A DNA stretch of 64,000 nucleotides from Acidobacteriota bacterium (lineage in GTDB: Bacteria > Acidobacteriota > UBA890 > WLXD01): contig CAXWPL010000001.1 in assembly GCA_963666215.2 (NCBI GenBank), positions 608,001 through 672,000 on the forward strand, in the 5' to 3' direction. Below, piece after piece: positions 56,148-64,000 of the stretch. Below the pieces are notes generated by a model. That model was not told where the DNA came from and did not search any database. It was given only the letters and a program-made list of their open reading frames with translations. The position numbers and the translations under genes are program-made. The stretch's first letter is position 1, and each line of letters starts with the position of its first letter.

Positions 56148-57673
56148 GCCCCCGTATCGCGAATCGGGTCGATCGTGTTGATGCCATCACGCGGTCCGTA
56201 CACCAGCTCCTCGATCGTGCCGTGCACTCGGTTCACCGTCGCCGCGGACGGCTTCGGGGTAACCCGCGACACGGCCCACGCAACCAGCCAGTTGGCCGCC
56301 AGGCCCCAGACGCCGCCATGCATTGTGAGCGGGTGTGGCCAGACCACCAAGGTAAAGAAGAGCGTCACGAGACCGGCGCCGATCCCGGTGAGCACACCCG
56401 TGGCGGTCATGCAGCGGCGGGACGGGAAGAGCACGCCGGCTAGCGCCGGCAACAGCTGCAGCGCGCCGGCGCCCGACAGGGTCACGACGATCACCAGCTG
56501 GTCGAACGTATACACGCTCAGGATGTAGCCGATGATCAGCAAGCAGACGATGAAGAAGCGACTCACGGCGATGTAGTGGGCACGGCTGCCGTCGGCATTG
56601 ATATAGCGCTGGTAGATGTCGCGTGTCAGCACGGCTGTATTGGCATGCAGAATCGAATCGAGCGTCGACATCGCTGCTGCCGTAGCTCCAGCCAGAATCA
56701 AGCCCGTGAGCCAGGCCGGAGCGTAGGCGAACAGCAGCTCTGGGAAGATTCGGTCGGGGATCGCGATGTCGGGCATGACCAACGCCCCGCCGAGGCCCAC
56801 GAACACGGTCGGTATAAACAGGCTTACGAGAAAGATCGGGATCGTTGCGCCCAGCCAGCGGAGCGTGCGTGCATCGACCGCGGTGTAGTAGCGAATGAGC
56901 AGGTGCGGCTGCAGCACAACTCCAAACGACAGCGTCACCATCATGCCGAACCACATCGGATAGGTGAAGAAACCCCGTGGCCCGGGAATCGTCAGCAGGT
57001 CGGGTCGTTGCTCCTTGACCGCCGCTAGCAGCTGCAGCGGCCCACCGAAGAGCTCGTACGACAGCACCAGCGCACCGACCCAGACGGCGACGTACATCCA
57101 GACCCCCTGCAGCACGTCTGTCCAATAAACGGCACGCAAACCGCCTGCCATCAGATAGGTCGCGGCCACCACAAGCAGCACGGCTGTGGCGGCCTCGAAT
57201 GAAACGCGGTCTCCGGAGGCGGCGCTCACGATGTAACCCAGGCCTTGCGCCTGCACCTGAATGTAGAGAATCGTGAAGACGATCGACACTGCCGCAACCA
57301 CCACACGCACCGGCTCGCTCTCGTAGAAGTCGGCCATCATGTCGGCCGGAGTCATGTAGTCGAACTTCTTGCCGAGAGCCCAAATCCGCGGGCCGATGAC
57401 GTAGGTAATCGCCCCCGTTACCACCGTCCAGGTACCGGCGACCCAAAAGCCGATCCCGTGCGTGTAGAAGAAGCCGCTACTGCCAAGGAAGGCGAAGGCG
57501 CTGTGGTAGGTCGCAACGATGGTGAGGTAAAGAACGAAGAAGCGCGCCTTGCGACCGTAGAGCAGGAAGTCGTCGAGGTCGACCGAGAGGCTCCTGTTGG
57601 CCACAAGACCGAGCACCAGGGTGACGACCAGGTAGATGCCGATGAGCGACAGGGCAATGACCCAGGGCTCCAT
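56144..57673 (-). CDS. Sodium:solute symporter (YhjB-like)
   Basis: Multi-TM protein with SAFAFLG, GGLRAVYWTDVLQG, AAAMSTLDS. Confidence 0.93.
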   Translation of the reverse strand: MEPWVIALSLIGIYLVVTLVLGLVANRSLSVDLDDFLLYGRKARFFVLYLTIVATYHSAFAFLGSSGFFYTHGIGFWVAGTWTVVTGAITYVIGPRIWALGKKFDYMTPADMMADFYESEPVRVVVAAVSIVFTILYIQVQAQGLGYIVSAASGDRVSFEAATAVLLVVAATYLMAGGLRAVYWTDVLQGVWMYVAVWVGALVLSYELFGGPLQLLAAVKEQRPDLLTIPGPRGFFTYPMWFGMMVTLSFGVVLQPHLLIRYYTAVDARTLRWLGATIPIFLVSLFIPTVFVGLGGALVMPDIAIPDRIFPELLFAYAPAWLTGLILAGATAAAMSTLDSILHANTAVLTRDIYQRYINADGSRAHYIAVSRFFIVCLLIIGYILSVYTFDQLVIVVTLSGAGALQLLPALAGVLFPSRRCMTATGVLTGIGAGLVTLFFTLVVWPHPLTMHGGVWGLAANWLVAWAVSRVTPKPSAATVNRVHGTIEELVYGPRDGINTIDPIRDTGA

Positions 57674-57689
57674 CGTCAGCGACTCAGGC

Positions 57690-57956
57690 TCATAGCTGTC
57701 GCCTGGCCGCGTAGATCAGCACGGCGATCTTGGCGACGTAGATAACACCCAGATAGGCGAAGATGAACGGGAAACCCAGGAAGGTGGGCTCGATGCGGTT
57801 CGCCCAGGGCAGTAGCGGCCACTCGGCGAACGCCAAGAGCAGCAGGTAGGCCACCACCACGCCGCGCCCGGTGGCTGTGCGCGGCACGTAGTGCGACCCG
57901 AAAGCCACGTATCGGCTCGCCGGGTCGGTTGTCGCATTCTGGGGCTTCGAGCTCAC
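57690..57956 (-). CDS. DUF3311-like small membrane protein (SSS partner)
   Basis: Two TMs, PWANRIEPTFLGFPF motif, directly upstream of the SSS gene. Confidence 0.75.
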   Translation of the reverse strand: MSSKPQNATTDPASRYVAFGSHYVPRTATGRGVVVAYLLLLAFAEWPLLPWANRIEPTFLGFPFIFAYLGVIYVAKIAVLIYAARRQL

Positions 57957-58045
57957 CCGTGCGATCCGCCTTATCTTAATGAACGCTTGAACGCTGTACG
58001 CTGCGCCACACCGAGGCAGTCTAGTACCGAATCCAGGCGAAATTC

Positions 58046-59454
58046 GGGGATGTCACAGGCTCCGTTGAAAAAGGGTGACGGTGATCCGACCTCGATAGTG
58101 TGTCGGGGTCAATCCACTGGCATGGAGGATCACCGTCATGAGCAAGAGTCGCAGAACAGAGACAAGTAGGAAAGCGGAGCGCCAAGAGAACCCGCTCCTG
58201 GAGGCAGTGGTAGCGGCGCGATCGGATCTACGAGCGCTGGTCATGGACGCGGGCTTCGGGGTGTTGGGTTCGCTGCTGGAAGAAGACCGGGCGGAGCTCT
58301 GCGGAGAGCGCTACGCGCGGTCACAGCAGCGGCGGGCGTACCGACACGGCTACGACGAGGGCTCGCTGGTGATGGGCGGCCGGCGGGTCAAGGTACGCAA
58401 GCCGCGGGCTCGGAGCGTCGATGGCCAAGAGCTGCCGCTGCCGCACTGGGAGAGGTTCAAGGCAACAGATCCGCTCGAAGAGCGCGCCGTAGAGCAGATC
58501 CTGTGCGGCGTCACGACGCGCAAGTACGAGCGCTCGTTAGAGCAGCTCGACGACGGGCGAGCTTCGTCGGGAACGAGTCGCTCGAGTGTGTCGCGGCGGT
58601 TCGTAGCGCGTACAGCCAAGCAGGTGCAGCAGTACCTGGCCCAACCGCTCAATGAAGTGGACCTGCCGGTGCTGGTGATCGACGGCACGCACATGGGCAA
58701 GCACTTGTTGGTGATCGCCATGGGCATCGACGCGGACGGCGTCAAGCATGTGCTGGGTGTCGTAGAGGGCACCACGGAGAGCTCCCACGTGTGCCGGTCG
58801 CTGCTGCGGCAGTTGATCGAGCGCGGCATGCCCGTCGAACGGGCGCGGTTGGTGGTAATCGATGGCTCCAAGGGCCTCCGTAAAGCAGTGCGCGACACGT
58901 TCGGCGAGTGGGCCCTGATCCAGCGCTGCCGTGTCCACAAGATCAAGAATGTATTGGAGCATCTGCCAGGGCATATCCGGCCCTGGTTCGCAGCCAAGAT
59001 CCGCAAGGCGTGGAAGGCGGAGACGGCCACGGCAGCGACCAAGCAGCTCGACGCCGTGGTCAAGGAGCTGGAGACCGATCACCCCGGTGCAGCGGCCTCG
59101 CTCAGAGAAGGAATGCAAGAGACGCTCACCGTCACTCGGCTCCGAGTTCAGGGGCCGCTGCTTCGGACGTTACGTTCAACGAATACGATCGAGAACCTGA
59201 ACGGGACGATCAAACACGTCAGCCGCAACGTAAAGCGGTGGCGCTCCGGGAGCATGATCGTTCGATGGGCGGTTACTGCACTCATCGAGGCCGAGAGCAA
59301 GTTCCGGAGGGTTCGTGGCTACCGCGACATCGCCAAGCTCGATGCCGCACTCAACACCGCCGTCGACGTTCCCCTTGAGCAGGAGCGCCGTACTGCGTAA
59401 CAATCCCCAACCACTTCACCGTCGCCTTAGTTCAACGGACGGTGGGACATCCCC
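58046..59454 (+). mobile_element. IS256-family insertion sequence
   Basis: 39-bp imperfect IRs (31/39): GGGGATGTCACAGGCTCCGTTGAA..GACGGTGA and TCACCGTC..TTCAACGGACGGTGGGACATCCCC. No flanking direct repeat seen. Confidence 0.9.
58138..59400 (+). CDS. IS256 (Mutator-like) transposase
   Basis: LVIDG, VVIDGSKGL, QRCRVHK, STNTIENLN (DDE). Confidence 0.95.
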   Translation: MSKSRRTETSRKAERQENPLLEAVVAARSDLRALVMDAGFGVLGSLLEEDRAELCGERYARSQQRRAYRHGYDEGSLVMGGRRVKVRKPRARSVDGQELPLPHWERFKATDPLEERAVEQILCGVTTRKYERSLEQLDDGRASSGTSRSSVSRRFVARTAKQVQQYLAQPLNEVDLPVLVIDGTHMGKHLLVIAMGIDADGVKHVLGVVEGTTESSHVCRSLLRQLIERGMPVERARLVVIDGSKGLRKAVRDTFGEWALIQRCRVHKIKNVLEHLPGHIRPWFAAKIRKAWKAETATAATKQLDAVVKELETDHPGAAASLREGMQETLTVTRLRVQGPLLRTLRSTNTIENLNGTIKHVSRNVKRWRSGSMIVRWAVTALIEAESKFRRVRGYRDIAKLDAALNTAVDVPLEQERRTA

Positions 59455-59896
59455 CCGAAGTGGGCACCGCGCCGGTGAGCGGGTGTCGATAGAACAGAAT
59501 CGACGACTCTTGTGGCCAGCTCGCGACAGCCGTATCGCGATCGTCGCCCAGGCCCACGAAGAAGGTCCCGAGGACGCTCGGTGGAATCAGCGTATCGTCG
59601 AGGATTCCGCGCATCGCCGCGAGGTCCGAGAGCTGGATGGCGCGAATCGGGATCTCGTAGAGCAGGCTCACATGGTCGGTGCTGAGTTGCCGGCGAATCT
59701 CTCGGGCCAGCTCCTCGGCTACGCGCACGCCGGCCTGCTCGAACTCCTGCTCGGCGGCGAGCTCGAGGCGACCCAACGAGCCAAGCTCCGAGATCAGCAG
59801 CAGGGCGAGGGGGACGCCGATCAGCAGCGCCGGCATCACGCTCGCCAGGAGCCACTTCCGGCTCATCCGAGATTTGAGTCGAGCCCAGAACAGCAC
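59455..59896 (-). pseudogene. N-terminal fragment of a membrane protein (possibly sensor kinase) truncated by IS256
   Basis: TM helix plus a periplasmic-like segment. The ORF runs into the IS right IR and no continuation is found left of the IS. Confidence 0.55.
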
Positions 59897-60056
59897 GGTC
59901 TTCTACCGGGGGTTTTGAATCTGCGCGGGTGCCGCTCTCTACTACTACGCTACGCTTCGACTCTACCTGGGCGATCGCCAAACGAACAGGGGACTTCACA
60001 ACGCCCGCAGCCATTGTTCCTCTGCGGCTGGCCGCTAGCCAGGTCGCCGGTTGGTC

Positions 60057-60425
60057 TCAGAACGGCAGGTCGTCCTCCTGGAGACCGAAGTGGTGACCGA
60101 GCTCGTGCAGCACGGTCTCGCGGATCTGCTGCAAGACTTCGGCTCGCGATCGACAGACGCGCAGGATGGGCCCGCGGTAGATCGCGACGCGATCGGGCAA
60201 TTCGACCATGGCAAGGCCCCTCTCGCCGGGCGGGACGCCCTGGTACAAACCGAGAAGCTCGTCGCCATGATGCGGATCGAGGCCCACCGACTCGAGCTCG
60301 TCGTCGGTGGGCTCGTCCTCGACCACCACGGCGACGTTGTCGAGCATCTCGCCCCACTCCTCAGGCAACTCGTCGAGCGCCTCGGCGACAAGCTGCTGGA
60401 AGCGACGCTCGCTGATCTGCTTCAT
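60057..60425 (-). CDS. Zincin-like metallopeptidase (DUF1025)
   Basis: LLGLYQG, PDRVAIYRGPI, HELGHHFG. Confidence 0.9.
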   Translation of the reverse strand: MKQISERRFQQLVAEALDELPEEWGEMLDNVAVVVEDEPTDDELESVGLDPHHGDELLGLYQGVPPGERGLAMVELPDRVAIYRGPILRVCRSRAEVLQQIRETVLHELGHHFGLQEDDLPF

Positions 60426-60949
60426 GGACGAAGCGCCGAGGACCTGGCGACGTGCGCCACGGGCGCAGCCTGGCCCGTCGACTCGAGTCGTTCGTAGTGA
60501 CCATCGAACATGCGAGTCCAACTCGAGCCATCCTTCGACATCTCCATGCTCGAGCGCAGATGCCCTGCCTCGCTCAGGTCATACGTAAGACGCATATGCG
60601 TGCCGGGGCCGGCATGTGAAGCCGTAAGGACCTCGTCTTCGAAGACGCCCGTGAAGACCTCGGGACCTTGGCCGAAGAAATCGAACCAATGGAGAATGTA
60701 GACCTCCTTGTCGGCGTCGAAATGCCACACGCCATGCCCGGCGAATGTAATCGCGCCGTCACGTTCCTGCTCGTAGTTGGTGATCACTACGAGGCCGTTC
60801 AACGCCAGGCGACTCGACGTCCTGCCCACGGCGACGCCGCCAGCCGGATCCCACTGCGAAGGATGCATCGTCTCTTCCCCTTCCCAGCGCCCGACGAGTG
60901 CCTGCAACCGCTGATGGCCGGGACTCGGTTTCGGCATTTCCATGGTCAT
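60422..60949 (-). CDS. DUF1579-like beta-barrel protein
   Basis: PSPGHQRLQALVGRW.G, GHGVW.FD..YILHWFD. Confidence 0.75.
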   Translation of the reverse strand: MTMEMPKPSPGHQRLQALVGRWEGEETMHPSQWDPAGGVAVGRTSSRLALNGLVVITNYEQERDGAITFAGHGVWHFDADKEVYILHWFDFFGQGPEVFTGVFEDEVLTASHAGPGTHMRLTYDLSEAGHLRSSMEMSKDGSSWTRMFDGHYERLESTGQAAPVAHVARSSALRP

Positions 60950-61045
60950 GTGCTCCCGTTTCGAGGTCTCAGTGTGTCCTGGTCAAGTCATCCCGCCGGC
61001 TTCCGCGCTGGAGCCTACCAATTCCGCAAGGTGAACTTGCATTAG

Positions 61046-61069
61046 TGTTACCATTGTACCAATATAACA
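61046..61069 (+). promoter_or_regulatory. 8-bp-period repeats upstream of an RHH-like gene (putative operator/promoter)
   Basis: TGTTACCA-TTGTACCA-ATATAACA, AT-rich, between TTGCAT (61037) and ATG 61073. Confidence 0.45.
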
Positions 61070-61072
61070 AAC

Positions 61073-61327
61073 ATGAAGAAACGTATCGAACGCACACAGA
61101 CCGGTGTCCGCATCGAGAAACGGCTGCTCAAGGTGCTCAAGGCGCTGGCCGAGGTTCTCGACCTCACGCTGGGCGATCTCCTTGAAGGGATCGTTCTGCA
61201 TGCCTTCGACAACAAGCTGCCGTTCTCTCCGGAGACTCTCGAGAAGATCGCGCAGCTCCGGCAGGTTTACGGACTCGATCTGGACGCCGGTGACAGCCAC
61301 GAGCTGACCGAGAGCGAGTCGACTTGA
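61073..61327 (+). CDS. Small ribbon-helix-helix-like hypothetical protein
   Basis: RTQTGVRIEKRLLKVLKALAE..LGDLLEGIVLHAF (beta-alpha-alpha pattern). Confidence 0.7.
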   Translation: MKKRIERTQTGVRIEKRLLKVLKALAEVLDLTLGDLLEGIVLHAFDNKLPFSPETLEKIAQLRQVYGLDLDAGDSHELTESEST

Positions 61328-61764
61328 GCGCGCCCCCCACAGCGCCCACCGACTTCGCCGACCGATTCGAGAACCTCGAGGTCGACGCCCGGACATTCGG
61401 CCATCGCGAACACTTGCAGGCTGCCCACGCGATGTTGTGCCGCTACCCGTTCCTGGTCGCCACTGCCAGATACGCCGAGACCGTCAGCGCGATGGCGGCC
61501 CGGGAAGGCGACACCGAGAAGTTCAACGTCACGATTACCTTGGCCTTCATGGCTCTGCTCGCCGAGTGCATGGAAGCAGAACCGCATCGAGAGTTCGACG
61601 AGCTCGTTGAAGCGCATCCCGAGCTTCTGTCTTCCAACGTGCTGGAGCGCTTCTATTCGCCCGAGCGACTCTGGTCGCCCACCGCACGGCGCGTGTTCGT
61701 GATGCCCGACGCCGTGCCGCAGCTGGCCAACCCACGCGCCCCGCTCGCGAGACCATCGCGCTGA
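61324..61764 (+). CDS. Conserved-looking hypothetical protein
   Basis: Coupled to the upstream gene. FGHREHL, KFNVTIT, YSPERLWSP.AR..FVMPD. Confidence 0.7.
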   Translation: MSAPPTAPTDFADRFENLEVDARTFGHREHLQAAHAMLCRYPFLVATARYAETVSAMAAREGDTEKFNVTITLAFMALLAECMEAEPHREFDELVEAHPELLSSNVLERFYSPERLWSPTARRVFVMPDAVPQLANPRAPLARPSR

Positions 61765-61856
61765 GAGCGCTTGGCCGACAGCATGGATCGCGTGTAGGTT
61801 GGGTCGTCTGGCCGGGCACAACAATGGCGGATGTTGCAGCCGAGGAGAGGTGGCGC

Positions 61857-62090
61857 ATGGCTTTCAAGACCGTCGTCACGTACTGGGCGACGTGGGACGT
61901 GAACGACCACCAGGGACGGATCTCGATCAAGACCGACGACAACACGGTGACTTGGGACTCGTACACATGCCCCCAAGAGTTCGCCGTTGTCATCGACCTG
62001 CTACGAAACGAGAAGCCGCTGCAATGGGACAAAGATCTGCGGCAGCTGCGGACGTTCAACGAAACCATCGGCGAGGGCGAACCGAGCTGA
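61857..62090 (+). CDS. Small hypothetical protein (77 aa)
   Basis: GAGGAGAGG RBS and DLLRNEKP..ETIGEGE C-terminus. Confidence 0.7.
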   Translation: MAFKTVVTYWATWDVNDHQGRISIKTDDNTVTWDSYTCPQEFAVVIDLLRNEKPLQWDKDLRQLRTFNETIGEGEPS

Positions 62091-62195
62091 GTCGGCGGCG
62101 CAAAGCGATCAGGACGCGGCGAAGAAGCGACAGAGGATCTGACATGAAAGCGTTGACTTGTTCTGCGCCAACACTCCGATGGTGTGTGTCGATCG

Positions 62196-63164
62196 TCAGC
62201 CTGGCAGCTCTGTCGCTCGCTTGCGCAACGCCTCCACCACCTTCGGATCGAAGTGGCTACCTGAGTCCTTCCGCAGAATCCCCATCGCCTCGTCGGAGCT
62301 CTTGGCTGCGCTGTACGACCGATGTGTGGTCATCGCGTCGAACGCGTCGGCAACCGCGATAATCCGAGAGCCCAGCGGGATATCTTCGCCGCGCAAGCGA
62401 TAGTAGCCCGTGCCCTCGTACTTTTCGTGGTGGTAAAGAATCAGCGGCACCGCGTTGCGCATGATGCCGCCCACCTGCTGCACCATGCGGGCACCGTCCT
62501 CCGGATGCTTCTGGATCTCGTCCCACTCTTCGGCGGTGAGGTCACCGGCCTTGCGCAGCACGTCGAGGCTGACGTCCACCTTGCCGACGTCGTGAAGCAG
62601 CGCGGCAACACGCACGTCTTCGACCTCGGAGTGACTCAGGCGCATCTCCCTGGCGATCGCCGTGGCGCCTTGCGACACACGGACGGAGTGCGCCTCGGTG
62701 TACCGATCGGCCGTGTCGATGAACTTCGACAAGATCTGCAACACGCCGTTGTACGCCTGGGTCAGTTCCGCGTGCGCATTCTGGCGATAGTCGTAGAGGT
62801 ACCCGAGCGCGGCGGCGGTGAGGATGAGGAAACACCCCCAGATGCCGATGTCGACCCACTTCTGCATCGGGGTGGCTCCTGCGGCGAACGCCGTCGGGTG
62901 CAGGATCGCGTACCAGACCACCATCGTGACGGCCGCTCCGGCGGTGGCGACGGCCTGAAGTCGTCCGAGGAAGAACCCGGCGAGCACGACGGGAAGGAAG
63001 AACGTGTTGAGGTAGCCGCGGTACTGCAGATCGAGCGTATTAACGAACCCCGACGCTACGAAGAGAAGCAGAACGACCACAAGCTCGGCCCTGATGTCGC
63101 CGAAACGCGTACGAATGCGCAAACCCACCTGTGCCTCCCGTGCGGTGCCGAATTGAAACGCCAA
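62196..63164 (-). CDS. Membrane-bound HD-GYP phosphodiesterase
   Basis: About four N-terminal TMs. HSVRV, LLHDVGK, HHEKYEGTGYY, IAVADAFDAMT, HFDP. Confidence 0.9.
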   Translation of the reverse strand: MAFQFGTAREAQVGLRIRTRFGDIRAELVVVLLLFVASGFVNTLDLQYRGYLNTFFLPVVLAGFFLGRLQAVATAGAAVTMVVWYAILHPTAFAAGATPMQKWVDIGIWGCFLILTAAALGYLYDYRQNAHAELTQAYNGVLQILSKFIDTADRYTEAHSVRVSQGATAIAREMRLSHSEVEDVRVAALLHDVGKVDVSLDVLRKAGDLTAEEWDEIQKHPEDGARMVQQVGGIMRNAVPLILYHHEKYEGTGYYRLRGEDIPLGSRIIAVADAFDAMTTHRSYSAAKSSDEAMGILRKDSGSHFDPKVVEALRKRATELPG

Positions 63165-63266
63165 GCCGATCGTAGCAGGGACGGGAGTGGCCCCCGAAGA
63201 TCACGATTAGCTTCTGATATCTTTTAGTAACTCTCGATAATCGCCAAGCAGCGCCGCCGCCTGTCG

Positions 63267-64000
63267 TCACGAGCCCTCCGGATCGAGGTCCAACAGCCGG
63301 CGGAGCGACCGTTCGTAGTGCAGAGCCAGACCTGCGTAGGCGGGGTGACCGATGAGACGCCTTTCTGTTTCCTGCATCACCTCCTCGAGACGTCGGAACC
63401 CCAAGTCATGAAAGGTCTGACGGCTCGCTGGAACTTCAACCGAGTAGGCCGCCCAGTGACGGATCCGCCGCTCGTCCATGTCGGCGGCGCGCTCGTGCAC
63501 TTCAGACAGCGCGTCGCCGGGCACGGCGATGAGGACGTCGGGCAGTGCCACGATCCACCATTCCGCCTCGCCGGCATCGGGCAGGCCCGGTTTGCCGCCG
63601 CCGCGAAATCGGAGGTAGCTCTGATCGGGCAGCCGGGTCGTCTCGAGGCCGATCCACACGTCCCGACCGTGTTCGGCCGCCGCCGCGAGCTCGCTCTCCG
63701 CCAGAGCCAGCACGCCGTTGCTGCCATCGACGGTGGTTCGATAGTCCATCACCGCGATCGAGTCGACGCGCTCCAGCACGGCGTCCACCAGCGTTGACGA
63801 TTCGATCCGGTCGCCGCGTGGTCGACGCAGCGGTACCGAATCGAACCAGAACGGCACCGCGACCTCGAGAAGGAGATCCGCTTCTTCGGTTCGCTCGCGC
63901 AAGGCGTCGAGTGTCCGCAGGAAGCTCACGACGGTCTCTTCGCGTTCGTCGCTCCACTGCGGCAAGAGGTAGGGCTCGATGTCGAGGTGTAAGCCGTCGA
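63267..64000 (-). CDS. Hypothetical glycoside-hydrolase-like TIM-barrel protein (partial, start beyond window)
   Basis: DGLHLDIEPYLLPQW, AVPFWFD, VMDYR, IGLET, GLALH. Confidence 0.6.
   Translation of the reverse strand, partial: DGLHLDIEPYLLPQWSDEREETVVSFLRTLDALRERTEEADLLLEVAVPFWFDSVPLRRPRGDRIESSTLVDAVLERVDSIAVMDYRTTVDGSNGVLALAESELAAAAEHGRDVWIGLETTRLPDQSYLRFRGGGKPGLPDAGEAEWWIVALPDVLIAVPGDALSEVHERAADMDERRIRHWAAYSVEVPASRQTFHDLGFRRLEEVMQETERRLIGHPAYAGLALHYERSLRRLLDLDPEGS

Overview
GC-rich bacterial chromosomal segment, most likely Acidobacteriota. This is inferred from a VWFA-related acidobacterial protein, PadR + duplicated orphan (ADOP-type) ABC permeases and several PQQ-like beta-propeller proteins. 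Contents in order: a long VWA-domain gene running off the left edge; a decaying purine-catabolism cluster (truncated xanthine dehydrogenase FAD subunit, CitE/malate-synthase-like lyase, uraH, uraD, alc, allB); an RRM protein, SGNH hydrolases and three PQQ-like propeller genes; a PHP hydrolase, thioesterase and methyltransferase; dut; three full-length ADOP permeases (two with PadR and clear operators) plus two ADOP remnants; DUF4097, corA and an S9 peptidase; an EhpF/GriC-like adenylating enzyme and an ALDH/GriD-like reductase separated by a PadR-ADOP module; tpx, Nramp, SDR, ada, ZIP and an amidohydrolase; a DUF3311-SSS-hydantoinase A/B-giant M14 peptidase operon; an IS256; small hypotheticals, an HD-GYP protein and a partial GH-like gene. 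There are three IS elements or relics: an IS481 left-end scar inside allB, a 1071-bp non-autonomous IS1595 with IRs, an 8-bp TSD and passenger ORFs, and an IS256 lacking a TSD. About seven single-base frameshifts, mostly in homopolymers, look like long-read errors, whereas several clean deletion junctions look like real genome erosion. No rRNA, tRNA or CRISPR array was seen. All family assignments are by eye from motifs, not from database searches.
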